From Botryllus schlosseri (lineage: Eukaryota), in the NCBI GenBank assembly GCA_051294905.1, contig CM119372.1, forward strand, positions 25,298,001 through 25,362,000: a DNA stretch of 64,000 bases, written 5' to 3'. Below are positions 37,565 to 50,853 of this stretch, one piece after another. Below the pieces are notes generated by a model that made no database searches, had not been told where the DNA came from, and worked only from the letters and a program-made list of their open reading frames with translations. Both the position numbers and the translations under genes were made by a program. How positions within the stretch are numbered: the stretch's first letter is position 1; every line of letters begins with the position of its first letter.

Positions 37565-39139
37565 CTCTGGTCACTATATAATACATACGACCAGAACAAA
37601 TCGTTAGTCGAAAATACTGAAAAAAGATGCTTTACTTAGAGCGTGGGAGGCTGACAATATCCATTCACCAGACAACATCCATTCATCAGACAACACTCAC
37701 TGCCCTAAGCAAAGCACTGTTTCAGTTTTGCTGAATTGAGCCATCGCAATTACCCTGGCTAAATTCATATTCCCTAAGGGTAACTTATGTAGGCTTGGTA
37801 AGGATTATTTCCATGTTATGCAACCATTGGCCGTCCAGCCCTAGGCTAAGGCTTTTGGTGTAATTATAATATACATCACCATATGGCGAGTTTCCTGTGT
37901 TACTCCACGCCATCGAGAATTTATAACTTCCTACAAACGCGGACTATATACGAGTTAGATATAGACACCAGCATGATTTGACTGATTTGAGTGGGCATGA
38001 ATTTCGCGAAACGAACACTATTACACTCTAAGACCATCTTTCATAGACCACCGCCATTCCACTAATCTCAAATCACCACAGTCAGATTGCGCTCAACGAT
38101 ACGGGTGGCAAACTGTCAGGCGAGCTCTAATTCTTTCGGTCTTCCGGGGTACGGAACTTTTTTAAAAGCAGTCAAGCCCAGCTATAATGTTGCGATGAAA
38201 TGAATTACTTTTCGGAATTAGAATGGCAATTCCGTGAAGCTCGCAACTATACCATTTTTAAATATAACAATGAGATATCACGATTAAACCGTCGAAGTGA
38301 AACTCGCTGCACTAATACGTGGCACGTCACTTCCTGACAATGGTAGGAAATTCCGTGGTGCATCTCAATAGGTGAATGGTCGTTGAAAATCCGTCGTGAA
38401 GCAAGGATTTTCATGTCACATATTACCAGTAGAACTGGGCAAATGATTCGAATATTCTATATACGCTCTTTACCACTATAAGAGTTAATTATTCAACTAG
38501 AATTTTGTTTTCGATGCTACTTTCCATGGCGAAGGGCCGAAAACTCCGATTTGTCCTATCGCAGCATACAAAACTTGTAGTGCAAAGCCACGTTATTAGA
38601 ATTGACGTTTCTATGAAGTCGCGATCCACCCGCAGCTTGTCGAAGTAAATGAAATAGGTAGTGTCGAAATAAAGCAAATAATCTTCAATGTGATGTTGGA
38701 CTGGTATTCTGGTCACAAAAAATATGTACTTTGAGCTTTACACATCATATTTAGTGCTATTCGACTCGAATCAGAATCGAATCGCTCATATACTCGATTT
38801 TTTCGAGATCTAATTTCCAGCCAGCAAGGTTCTGTATGCTGCTATTTGAGCTACCATATAGTAATCGCCGCACGGGCTACGACTCCGCTGACTCTTTGGA
38901 GGTTTTGATAGATGGCTTGAATGCGACAATGTCCCTTTGAGTAGGCTAAGAATGCCGCTCTTGGCCACTTATGCATAGGACAAGTCCTTGAAACAAACTT
39001 ACATCCATAACCCGTCTTACAAGATTAACACGATTCTGCACTCAGTTGTACATATAGCCCTAGCCAGGAAGAAGATTTGAGAGGATCGGCGGTGGATTAA
39101 TTTGATAGGGGTGAGGTAGGGAGTCGAAATTGCTTAGAC

Positions 39140-39853
39140 CAGGGGTTGGAAAACCTTTTAGCTCGCGAGTCACATTCAACAATTGAATTCATTAGCGGGC
39201 CGCACCATATAAAATTGGGTCACTAAGCCAAAATTTAATATAGTTACTTGATTATATAGTGACAGAAAACATGAAAATAATATATAGGTATTTTTATATA
39301 GAAAACCAAACATTGATTTGCCACAATTCTTGAAGCTGGATGTAAATTTTGTGTGGGCAGCGATATGTTCATAGATTTGCTGATTGTACTTTTGGTTTGA
39401 CTCCAGGACACACAATGATGACAGCATCATAACCGAATGTTATCTTTAAATACGCTTCTACAACATATAAATCCAAATACTTCTACACATATAAAGAACT
39501 AATCTATCTAACGAATCAGTTTTTCTAAGTACATCACTAAAAGTAATAAACTTGCTCGTGTTGCTAATCTAAAATCACACTCGTGGTCCGAATTAAGTCA
39601 TTTACGTTTCACTTTCTGTAATGTTTAGCAATTGAAACTTTTCAAAATGCATGGGCTTATCAATGAAATGAAAAATACTATGGTAAGAACAAAAATATAA
39701 CTTATCATTATTATGTTGAAAAGTTTACTCATATACCCACAGTAATTTGAATTTTAGTACGCATTTTATCAATATTTGACAACGTTTCTTGAGGCTTTCG
39801 TGGGCTGCACAAAATGGTGTTGCGGGCCACTGGCCGAAGTTTGCCCACGCCTC
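39140..39853. mobile_element. Charlie-type hAT MITE
   Basis: Ends CAGGGGTTGGAAAAC...GTTTGCCCACGCCTC, gcgggccg subterminal motifs, perfect TSD GCTTAGAC. Confidence 0.8.
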
Positions 39854-40537
39854 GCTTAGACAATGACATGGCGTTATCACTTTATTACTTTTATGTCATT
39901 GAAATTGCAGATGGCATTAAAAGTTGAATGTTTAGAGTGAGCAAGGGTGCCTTTCATTCCGCGCCGGTATATCAAATTCACCTGATAAATTACAGTACAA
40001 AAATGTAGCAGCGGTATCGTATTTTACCCTGGATAAGGGGCAACCATTGGCCAACCTTTTCGGCCATATGAGATTTACGAGTCATTGTGCGGGCCACTTG
40101 AATGTTGACGACTTTTTTATTCTTCCGAAAGAAGCGAACTGGATTAGGTAACGGTGAAAACAATATTTATATTGATACGATGGTGTGAGCATGTGTGTGT
40201 GAACACTGTGAACTTCAGAAATTTAGAGGTTCACGTTCACAAACGAATCTTGGTAGATTCTGCACTGTGAACCCTTTTCATATATTACAATTTTCATGCT
40301 ATTATAACATTTGGTGGAAATTTATTGCATTTCAACTGCGGGCCACTCTGCATGGCGCTGGCAGCATAAACAATCAACACGAGCATGTACCTTGACAATC
40401 TCAAAAATTTTACCCGCTTCGTTACAAAAGTTTACTCGAAATATCCAGCTTTCTGTTTGTGAATATTTAGTGACTCTCTGCTGTGAGCTTGACCCGCAAT
40501 CACACAACCTCAAGAGCGAAATACGTTACATGTTTAG

Positions 40538-41511
40538 TAGGGATGGTGTGAACGTGAGGTTCACGTTCGCGTACTGTGTGTGAACCTCGGAAATTTAGAG
40601 GTTCACGTTCACAAACGAACCTTGGTAGGTTCTGCACTGTGAACCTTTTCCATATATTACCATTTTCACTATATTACAACATGTTTGGTTGAAATTTATT
40701 GCAATGAAACTGCGGACCACTCTATGTATGGCGCTGGCAGCATAAAAAATCAACACTAAACGAGCATGCACCTTGACAATATGAAAAAAATTATTTGCTT
40801 TTTTGTTACAAACGTTTGCTCGAAATATCCAGCTTTCCGTTTGTGAATATTTAGTGACTCTCTGCTGTGAGCTTGACCCGCAATCACACAACATCAAGAG
40901 CGAAATACATGACATGTAGTCAGCGAATGATGCTTATTCAACCAATCAATGAAATTGATATCGTTGTCTGATGTAAAAAATCTAGCAGGTGTACGCGGAT
41001 AATTTTGACTCCATATCATAAAAACCACCTCCGCGCGATTGGGGTGTTGGCTACAGCTGTATAACTTGTTAATGGGGTAATGTCGGTAGCAAGTATAGAA
41101 GGAAACCCGTTTTACACTCTGCTCAATATCAACATAGCAATACTCAGTCGCCGAATACATTGTCCGGTGTGGCCTAGACCGTTCAGGCTTATATTCCCTT
41201 GTAAATCCTCTTCGAAATTGTTGGCAAAGCCACGGAAGATATTGATTTTATGGGATTATTATATCATTTGATTGCCCCAGTTGATACATTTGGCGACGTT
41301 AAAAACGTCAATATGTACTACAGCATTGCGGCATGTCGTCGCTAGGTATCGTGTACATTAATAGGCTATCACTTCACTGAAATGTAGGGTTGGACTTAAC
41401 AATATCACGTCACGTGACGTCATGAGGTTCACGTTCGCGTTCACACAGAATCTTACAGAAAGATTCGCGTTCACACGAACCTGAACCTTTCAGAGGTTCA
41501 CACCATCCCTA
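40538..41511 (-). mobile_element. hAT MITE family A, inner copy
   Basis: Complete TAGGGATGGTGTGAAC TIRs, perfect TSD ATGTTTAG (40530-40537 / 41512-41519). Confidence 0.93.
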
Positions 41512-41733
41512 ATGTTTAGGTAGTCAGCGAATGATGCTTATTCAACCACTCAATAAAATTGATATCGTTGTCTGACGTAAAACATCTAGCAAGCGTATGG
41601 GTTCCAGCTCGATTTCATATGTTTATTGTATCATAAAAACCAAATCCGTGCGATTGGGGTGTAGGCTACTGCTGTATAACTTGTTAATGGGGTAAAACCC
41701 GTTTTACACTTTGCTCAATATCACCGTAACGAC

Positions 41734-42047
41734 TAGGGGTGCATTAAAAACAAACAAACAAACAAAATACTTTCCAAAAATCATGTTGTATGAGCCTACG
41801 GACAATTATCAACCGATTTAGCTGACGTATATCGATATGGGATGGTAGGAGCCCTCAAAATAGTTGGTTCAGCAGTTATAGTACAGATATTTCGTCAAAG
41901 GAGCTATATTTACCCTATATTTTCAATTATCATGATCAATCCATTACTAGGACGTCATCAACGGAATATTCGTGACGCCATGGCTTTAAAAAAAACATGT
42001 TTTAAACATGTTTGTTTTAATTGATATTCGTTTTGAATGCAGCCCTA
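41734..42047. mobile_element. Small hAT MITE nested in the outer family A copy
   Basis: Ends TAGGGGTGCATTAAAAAC...GTTTTGAATGCAGCCCTA; flanks GTAACGAC / (TA)GTAGCGAC. A similar end TAGGGCTGTTCAAAA begins at 63836. Confidence 0.75.
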
Positions 42048-42906
42048 TAGTAGCGACACTCAGACGCCGAATGCATTGTCCGGTCTGGCCTAGACGATTA
42101 AGGCGTAAGCTTATATCCCTTGTAAGTCCTCGTCGAAATTGTTGGCAAAGCGACTGAAGATATTGATTTTATGGGATTATTATGTCATTCCATTGCTCCA
42201 GTTGATACATTTGACGACGTTTAAAAAGTCAGTATGTACTTCAGCATTGTGACATTATGTGATCCGAGTCGTCGCTAGGTATCGTGTACATTAATATATA
42301 TCACTTCATTGAAATGTAGGGTTGGAATTAGCAATATGATGTCACGTGACGTCATGAGGTTCACCTTCGTGGTCACACAGAACCTTTCAAAAAGGTTCGC
42401 GCTCCCACGAACCTGAACCTTTCAGAGGTTCACACCATCCCTAATTAATGCACATCAAAATCAATATCAATTATGATATGAAGTTATTTCAAGTTCATGA
42501 ATAAATTCGGTCGATAATAATGTTACTTTTATATATTCCGGGTTGCCTCTGCATACCGCTGGGCTCATTTGGCAAAGACAGGATTATCCGGCGCTTTGGA
42601 CTTATAAATCGAAGATTTCGGCTAATATGCGAAATATTGTACTTTACGGTTGGTCAATGGTCATGGTCATATACGACGATCTACGAAAAAGGGGCTGGCC
42701 CTTGCTACGCCACGTCGCCAATGCGTCGGAACTGATATTTTAGTCATCAAAATCCCAAATTTCGCGGTCAGACTAATCAAATTTTGGGTATTTGGCTTTG
42801 TTAATTCATTTTTTGATAACATGACAAATTTCGAGAATTACCCGCAGGCCACTGAAAACCTTCTTGCGGGTCACTGGTTGGCCGCCCCTGCCCTGGATGA
42901 TTACAT

Positions 42907-45476
42907 CAGTGGCTCTCAGCCATTGTGCCATTTACGTCTCGCAAGTGTACCGCGAGCAATTTCTTCGAAATTTTGAAATTATGCGCAAAATTATTCTACT
43001 CTATAGCAAGCGATCAATAATATAAATCGAACCTGATGTGAAGTTTTGTACATTTGACAAATCAAAATTGATGTTCTGCCCGCAATCTTTATCGAATATC
43101 CCCGGCGAATTCACTTTACCCGACACCTCACATGCCTTGAATTGAAGGCTGAATTAAGTTTTGCACAATACGTTGTTTGATCGCAGAAGGAAAGAAGACA
43201 ATCGCCTGTATGACGATGCAGTTTTCTGATCCTCATTGTTGTCACCCCAATCACCAGCGAGAAGTGAACTCCTTTGGAAGTGACGTTCACGTGTACAAAT
43301 TCGAATTACAAACATAATCATCCACATCGCCATTGTTAGGTAGCATGTCGATATTTCCGTTAGAATGTAGGCTTCTTGCACAACGTTATGTTACCGCGCG
43401 GCGACGAATACGAGAATTGAGAAGTAAGGTTGATAAAATGATATCAGTTAATCATACTTTCTCGCCGCTGAGGTTATTATCCAAGTCGTTTACCAAAACG
43501 TTTGAAGTTTCAACGAGATTGCAACAGGCCAGTTATGCGGTAGCGGAGGTATTGGCTCAGAATTCAGAGCCTCACACACACGGAAGGGGAGAAAGTTATT
43601 CTTCCGGCTTGAACTGGAATTGTAAAAAATGTTTGAGACCAAAGCTGCAGATGAATGGAAAACGATTCCCATGTCAAATTTTACCATTCGTTGACGTATT
43701 TGGGACATGTCCAGAGATATTAGAATATTTGGTAGATATCTTTGACCGCAGCACCTAAATAAGACAAATTCCATTATGCAAGGCAATAAGGAAATTTCTT
43801 GTCTTCAACATTGTAGGAGAAATTAAAAGTGTGTCAGTACGGGCGGAAGCAGGAACTTGCAGCATGTTCTCCCATTTCTCCGAAACGAATAACAGGGAAA
43901 TCGTGCCATTAGTTTGTCAGCATCTCTAATCTTTGCATGAAAAAATAAACACTTATTTTCCAACACTATATAGCAGTGGTCGGGAACCTGTGGCTCTTTT
44001 GGGTATGAGATATGGCTCTTTGCCAAATATATATTTTTGTACTGAATTGATCAATATTGCAGCCACTTGTTGGTAAATTTTCATCACGGCTAGAATAATT
44101 AGTCTCGTGGCAAGAAACTCTAAACATGTCGCTGAGAGGTAAAACAGTGCCGTCTTCAGGTTTAGGGGCTCGGACCACCTCTTTTCAAAATCCTCAAATT
44201 TAAATTACTGTCACGCCGGCGGCCAATATCACCCGCGAATTTTATGTACTTGACTCGAAATCTTTAATTGTGCGATACGTTCATTAATCAAAGAGCATAG
44301 CATGAATGGCGACGCCCATTTCAAAATGCAGTTTTCAAATACACATTGTCTTCCTGATCTACGGTGCGAAATGAACTGTTGTGGATTGGATTCATAATTA
44401 CCAACTCGAATTAGAAACAACGCCATAGCTATCCACGTTCTTAGATCTGTGTAGTACTGGCGATAAAATGTAGGCGTGTAGCGCAACGTTATGTTACGAC
44501 CGAATACTTTGAGAATTGAGAAGTCGATAAGTATTAATATTATCCCAATCATTGTGGCAGTCACATTCGATTAATATCAGTTATAATAAATTCTAAGCTA
44601 CTTACGATGGATTGCGTTATCAATGGTGAAGCATGGCCATTCAGTGCCTTACCTCTCATTTCGAGCTTTATTTTCGAACAATACCAGTTTTTACAGAGAA
44701 AATATGGCGCACACGAGGAATGCCATATAGTGAGTTCGAATTAGCGCTACCATGACGTCATGAATTTTCAATTGTGACGTAACAGTTGGTTGGCATGTAT
44801 GGCTCTTTGGGAGTTGACATGGAAAAAATAGGGCCAAAATGGCTCTTCGGACAAAAAAAGGTTCCCGACCACTGCTATATAGCCAACGAAAACTATGCAT
44901 GGGTAAAATAACGATTTTTGTCGCAGGAAACCCCCATTTTACTTTAAATCTCAGAGGAGGAAGAGCTGATTGACATCGGTAATGACGGAAACTTAAATTA
45001 TGTTACCATGAAATGGCTCTCGACGAATTTCGGATTAAAATCCAGAATGAATATCCCTTGCATTGGAAAAAAGGAAGTTGTCATTTTACTTCAATTCCCC
45101 ACATCGTATCTGTGCGAGACCGGATTCTAGTCAACATAAAAAAAAGAAAGAGGTTAGTGACTGTTGAAGAGATGAGAGTAGCATTATCAAATGTGCGTCC
45201 AGACATTGAAACGATAACCGCTAGAAGTCAAACGCAAATTTCGCACTGACTTTGTTTGTGATGAAATTGTTTTGCTTTCGCGAGAACTGTTCAATTCAAT
45301 ACAGAAACATTTTGGATTGACTGCTGAGGTGGTCACATTAGTCAGAGTTACTACTGAAGAGTCCCGGCAGTTTTCAGGTGCCACGACAAAAAGTTCAGAA
45401 CCACTGTGCTGGTTTGCCGCGCACTATTTTTCTTTTCCAAGGAGTGCCGCGGGGTCAAAAAGGTTGAGGACCACTG
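42907..45476 (+). mobile_element. hAT Buster/Charlie transposon with decayed transposase (ZBED5/ZBED8/FAM200-like)
   Basis: Ends CAGTGGCTCTCAGCC...GGTTGAGGACCACTG, TSD GATTACAT / GATTAGAT. Plus-strand fragments QASYAVAEVLAQNSEPHTHG (~43525-43585), ILLQFPTSYLCETGF (~45082-45127) and KKRKRLVTVEEMRVALSNVRPDIETITARSQTQISH*. Confidence 0.88.
43974..44874. mobile_element. Charlie-type hAT MITE nested in the 42907 transposon
   Basis: Perfect TIR CAGTGGTCGGGAACCT...AGGTTCCCGACCACTG, TGGCTCTT subterminal repeats, perfect TSD CTATATAG. Confidence 0.93.
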
Positions 45477-45539
45477 GATTAGATATTGGCTAGTGCAGGG
45501 GTTCTCAAAGGGTGGGCCACAGGAGCATTTGAGGTGGGC

Positions 45540-45816
45540 GGGTGGCGAGATAGCGCAGTGGTAGAATCCGCGGCTGCAACACCAATGGGTGCGGGTTCGA
45601 GTCCGACCGAGGTCGACTTCCGAATTCCGATATCTAAGTGTTGGAGGTTTACCTAGGCTCCTCCTCGTCACCTCATCCGCGTCAGCGGTGTCTTACAAAA
45701 AGCCTAGAGGTGAGCCGTGCTATAAGTCGGCAGTTACGGAAAATACAAAAGAATATCGGCCTGGTGTAAATGACCATAGTAGTCGACAAACACCATGAAT
45801 ACCCCAAAAACAAACA
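45540..45816 (+). mobile_element. tRNA-derived SINE (head possibly tRNA-Cys-like), (CAAA)n tail
   Basis: A box TAGCGCAGTGG, ctGCAa loop, B box GGTTCGAGTCC, tail caaaaacaaaca. 13-bp TSD ATTTGAGGTGGGC (45527-45539 / 45817-45829). Confidence 0.88.
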
Positions 45817-46204
45817 ATTTGAGGTGGGCCACAAAGCCATTTGGAAAATTTTAGGATTATTGTAAGTTTAGTTTCATCTGTTATATTAATCTCTAAAGAT
45901 ATATTCATGTTATCTAATTATACGCGGGCTACGCAAAGATTTTCATCTGACTCTGATGAGACGTAGTGGCACGTATGGAGTCGGCATGTTCAAGTCGAAA
46001 ACGGGAGGGAGAAACGGCGGCTTTTTCCACTGGCTATGACAACCTACGGCTAACAGCAACTAAAATAATTTCGAGTATATAATAACTGGAAGGTAATGCT
46101 GAAGTAACCAAGTATTCCGGCAGGGTCATATGTCGTATGCCATTGAAAGGGATGTGCAATAAACTCGGAATGAAGTGTAATTGAGTTAGGCTATCGATAT
46201 ACTG

Positions 46205-47128
46205 TAGGGATGGTGTGAACCTCTGAAAGGTTCAGGTTAGTGTGAACGTGAACCTTTCTGAAAGGTTCTGTGTGAACGCGAACGTAAACCTCATGACGTC
46301 ACGTGACGTCATATTGCTAATTCCAACCCTACATTTCACTGAAGTGATGTGATACGATACGTAGCGACAACTCGGGCCACATAAAAGCACAATGTTGCAG
46401 TGCATACTGACTTTTTAAATGTCACCAAATGTATCAACGGGAGCAATCAAATGATATAATAATCCAATAAAATCAATATCTTTCGTCGCTTTGCCAACAA
46501 TTTCGACGAGGACTTGCAAGGTATAATATAGGCTAAGCTTACGCCACAACGGTCTAGGCCAGACCGGACAATGAATTTGGCGTCTGAGTGTTGCTACGTT
46601 GATATTGAGCAGAGTGTAAAACGGGTTTTACCCCATTAACAAGCTACAGCAGTAACCAACACCCCAATCGCACGGAATTGGTTTTTATGATACAATAAAC
46701 ATGTGAAATGGACCCCGAACGCTTACTAGATTTTTTACATCAGACAACGATATCAATTTCATTGATTGGTCGAATAAGCATCAGTATATAGCTGGCTACC
46801 TACATGTAGCGTAATTGCGTGTCAAGCCCAACCGCCGAGAGTCACTAAATAATCCCAGAAGCAGAAAGCAGGTAAACGTTCTGAGATTGTCAAGGTGCAT
46901 ACTCGTTTAGTGTTTATTTTTTAAGCTGCCAGCGCCATGCATAGAGTGGCCCACAGTTGAAGTGCAATAAATTTTAACCAAATATGTTATGATGACGTGA
47001 AAATTGTAATATATGAAAAAGGTTCACAGTTCAGAACATACCCAGGTTCGTTTGTGAACGTGAACCTCTAAATGTCGGAGGTTCACACACAGAACGGGAA
47101 CGTGAACCTCACGTTCACACCATCCCTA
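46205..47128 (+). mobile_element. hAT MITE family A, copy 3
   Basis: Complete TIRs, perfect TSD ATATACTG (46197-46204 / 47129-47136). Confidence 0.93.
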
Positions 47129-48359
47129 ATATACTGTACTTAGGCAAGTCGTATTATAGTAAGATAAAAATAGCCATAATTGCAAATTATTAGCAACTTC
47201 TGGTGGAGGTATCTGCACCACCGCAACGAATCGTAATGGACGGAGGATTTAGCGGAGTGCATTAATCTCTGGAGTCGGTTTAAAATGTCCGCCCCCGAAA
47301 TCATTGTACATAACGTAAGAGTCACATGAATTGATTGCATTATCGGATTGAATATTCTGACATCGCAACTTCAGTTGGTTTGGTACAAGACATACAATTA
47401 GCATTGTAAAGCATGCATATTAAATAAATCTTTCCCCACTCTGTAGTACCTGATTGGCCAATGAATTTTTTGAAGCTGACCCAGAATGATTATATGATTC
47501 CCCACAATAGTGGAACTAAAATCCCAATCACACAGCGGATGCGTGGATTTGATCATTGTGTTTCGCGACGCGAATGGAGCAGCGGACGATCATAATATAC
47601 ACAGAGTTTTAGCCTATGATCTACCAGGGCCGGAACTGCTGCACACAAACCCCCAATTGCGGGAGCTCGAAGGGACCCAAGATTATTTCGTTGGTCGTTT
47701 GTTGGATGATATTTATAATACATGAAAATTTCCGTTGCGCCTGGCGCGATTTCATGGACCGAAAGGTCCACATTTAAATATCATCAGTAAATTAAGAGAA
47801 AAATGCGCATATTTGAGAAAAATAGGCATATCGGAGCCGTCGATTATCACGCATTGAACAGGATTATGAGTTTATGACTCCAAGATTAGAGGAGGTCACA
47901 GCACATTTTTAAACCGGAAAATGGGCCACGGCCAAGAAAGGGCTGAGAACCCCTGGGCTAGTGGCTACTGTATGTTGAACATACAAGTTTACTTGGTACT
48001 TCTACGAGGGCGTTACTATATTGTGATAGAGCAGGGGTTCTCAACTTCCCATGACTAACGGGCCGCATATATCAAAAAATAGCCGCAGAACACATGTAGC
48101 CTAATCGTAGGCTACTAATAAATTGACTGCATTTACCAGTCGTATACGGACGTGTACTACATGTTTTTGCATTAGCATTAACGGACAGCGTTCGCAAAGT
48201 TTGCAGTTGCTGTTCTATGTTTGAATATGCAGCAGGGTTATACAGACTTCTATATCGGTTATTTTAGCATTGATAGACGCAGATTAGCGAATAGTATACA
48301 TTGAAATAAACTGCAAATGCGTGTCATTACTACGACCTACTATTTTGTCGTTATGCGAT

Positions 48360-48576
48360 AGAGAGGGAGGTGTTATTTTTCTTCGCCTGCACCATCGAGA
48401 TGCTTTGACGACGGAGATGCGATACGGCCTTTATAGTAAGGTCATCTAGTCTGCAGTCTGCACCCACATTTTTTTCCTTCATGCTATCCGTGATTGCTGA
48501 TCGCCGGCCGGGGACCGAATCCACGACCTACCGATCAAGAAACTGGGCGCATCGCATCACCATTACACTATAGCTC
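48360..48576 (-). mobile_element. Second, internally deleted copy of the 23967 SINE
   Basis: cgcctgcaccatcgagatgctttgacgacggag.tgcgatacggcc is near-identical to 24001-24046. tRNA-like head ccggccggggaccgaatccacgacctacc...ccattacacta. Confidence 0.8.
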
Positions 48577-50853
48577 TCCAGTTTTCATACATTCCAGCAC
48601 TTAATCCACAAGTTTGCGGGGAATTATACGCTGAGTAATATTGCACTTATTGCCATTTGTACTTGACTATGAGCTGTTATTTTGATAAATTGTGTCGAAA
48701 TTTACTCTTCACGGAGACGATTTCTGAAGGTCTATGACCAGCAGAACTCCAGATATATTCTTGTCTGACGGGCATTCATCATCCATTCGTTTGACGCTAG
48801 TCTGCAAGGATTCTCGTTCCCGATTTTCAGTAGCGGCCTCGGACGGATTTAGACATCCCTCACTTTAGTATTCATTTACAGAAATTGACTATATGGCTGT
48901 TCATAGAAACAAGCAACATCTGTCGTCTATTATATTTTTGTGGCATATTTAGACTTTAGAGGTCAATCAGAGCAGCAAGAAGGTTGCCTCGGAGACGCGG
49001 TTGTGAATCACTGATCAAGAGTCAAGATGATCTATTCCCAGGGATATCTAGAACTTCTAGATATCCCTGTCTATTCCCAGCGGTTCTGCCACGGCATTGA
49101 TGCTCTCGTATCCTTTTCGGAACGAAGTCAGTTCTTTTTCTCGTTTTGGCAATTGCATCCTCGAAAAGGGCTATGGTCGTTGATAGACATGCGTATCTCT
49201 TCCACATCGACTACTGATGTTGCATTATCGACTCGCAAAATTCACTTCGCTGTAGTGACTCGGCTACCACTGGACTCTCGCGTACTACAGTTTAGTATCC
49301 ACTGCCCTATAGCCTGCAACTGCGCATGCCCTTATCTTCAACATTCTTTTCAAGACAAGGTGATGGTTTCATAAGTTGCACTGCCAAGTTTCGACTCCAA
49401 GTCGCAATCGCGAGATTTGAATTGTTAGCAGCTTGATAAAACTTACGACTGCGTGAGCTAGTTGCCTGGACTTATGAACTCCAAGCTAGAACAACGGAGT
49501 AGCCGCAACGCACGGTCCATACCGAACTGATGGTAGTTACATCCATGACCCATAAGCGACTGAAAATAATTGATGACGTTGAATGCTGGTCTTGTTCAAA
49601 TATCCATCTTACTTAACACTGAATGTGCATTATAATTTCGCAAAAAAACACATTGTAATATCCGAAAAAGGGCGATAAAAAGTTTGCTCATTTTAATTTC
49701 AGCAAGTTCTTGCATAAGTGTCCTCATATTCACTTGGTACGAGATCGAACATGTTTCACGTGCGTTTGAAAGGAATTCGCATGGGTAATGAAGAAATATG
49801 GCCAACAAAACACTACACCAAGTCGTACTTGCTCAAGAAACTGATTTCACTTCAACACACTTTGCGGCGTTAAAAAATAGCCAGAAAATCTACACGATAT
49901 AACTGAGTTACATCCTGGCGTTGGGAATCTGAATGGTAAGACGGAAGAGCGGGCAAGAATACAAACAATCATACTACGTTCTTGAGCAGCTTAGAAAATT
50001 TCACAGTATAAACGTTAATCGGCAACAAAAACTAGAAAAAAAAATCAACCAATCTAAATTCAACTGTTGAAATAATTCCGCTAAATTGCACATCAATTCC
50101 AGATACTAAGGATGGTCAAAATTGTCATGGACATTGGACATGGCAAAAAGGAGCTACTTCGCTACATGCGTTCAGTATTATCAGTACAAAGGATATACAG
50201 AGGACTAATATATATATCCTCGACCCGTGCACCTTGTACATCATCAGCAGTGGTTAAGAAAATCTTTACGAGCGGTTAGGCGAAGCAGTAGTCAATTAGG
50301 CCTACATTTTTTTATCAACACCAACCACTACAGGCCTTACCTGATCATGAAATGATCACATACAACTTTGCCCAGCCCCTAGTATCAATTACCGAAATAT
50401 TGAGGTCAAGTGGTCTTTTCTACCTAGGATTGATATACGGTTTAGTAAGTAACATATTGCTTGATTACCATACATTCAATTGAGCTTCAATATCGGGTGT
50501 CTATGCTAACAGAGGAAACACACAATCAGGCAGGTATTCAATAATATCCCTTGACGGGAAATGACAAATAGTTGATACATGGGTTCATGGGATTCACTTA
50601 TTAACTGACAGCGTGAATGGCTTATGTAGATTTTAACAAAATTTAGACTACAGGACAGACATGAAGATGTGCAAAGCGAAAACTTGATGACAAGCAGTAT
50701 ACAGTATCCGATACGTCCGGGCATAGCAGTGAGGTGCGGAGAAATTCACGGTTTAGATGAAACATTGCCAGTACAAAATGAAAACATTCGAAAAAGCAAT
50801 CAGTTTGCGTATCTATCAACGTGGTAAGTAATTGAAAATAACCACTACTGATT

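Larger units (their letters stand above)
40176..42443 (-). mobile_element. hAT MITE family A, outer copy (split by two insertions)
   Basis: Reverse-complement match to copy 1. Eroded end tacgatggtgtg, intact end CACCATCCCTA at 42443. Interrupted at 40538-41511 and 41734-42047. Confidence 0.8.
40035..42890. mobile_element. Charlie-type hAT element hosting nested family A copies
   Basis: Degenerate left end AAGGGGCAACC, right end GGTTGGCCGCCCCTG, perfect TSD CCCTGGAT (40027-40034 / 42891-42898). Confidence 0.7.
45496..47955. mobile_element. Charlie-type hAT element hosting a SINE and a family A MITE
   Basis: TIR CAGGGGTTCTCA...TGAGAACCCCTG, tgggccac subterminal motifs, perfect TSD GGCTAGTG. 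Confidence 0.88.

Noticed and set aside
45540..45615. Possible tRNA-Cys gene
   Set aside because: Stems pair poorly, and the sequence continues into a SINE body with a (CAAA)n tail and a 13-bp TSD.
47510..47771. Overlapping short ORFs inside the 45496 element
   Set aside because: No convincing transposase or host-gene motif.
48032..50380. Possible decayed transposase and element starting CAGGGGTTCTCAAC at 48032
   Set aside because: I could not pair the end with a TSD-supported right terminus, and the protein similarity was too faint to support.
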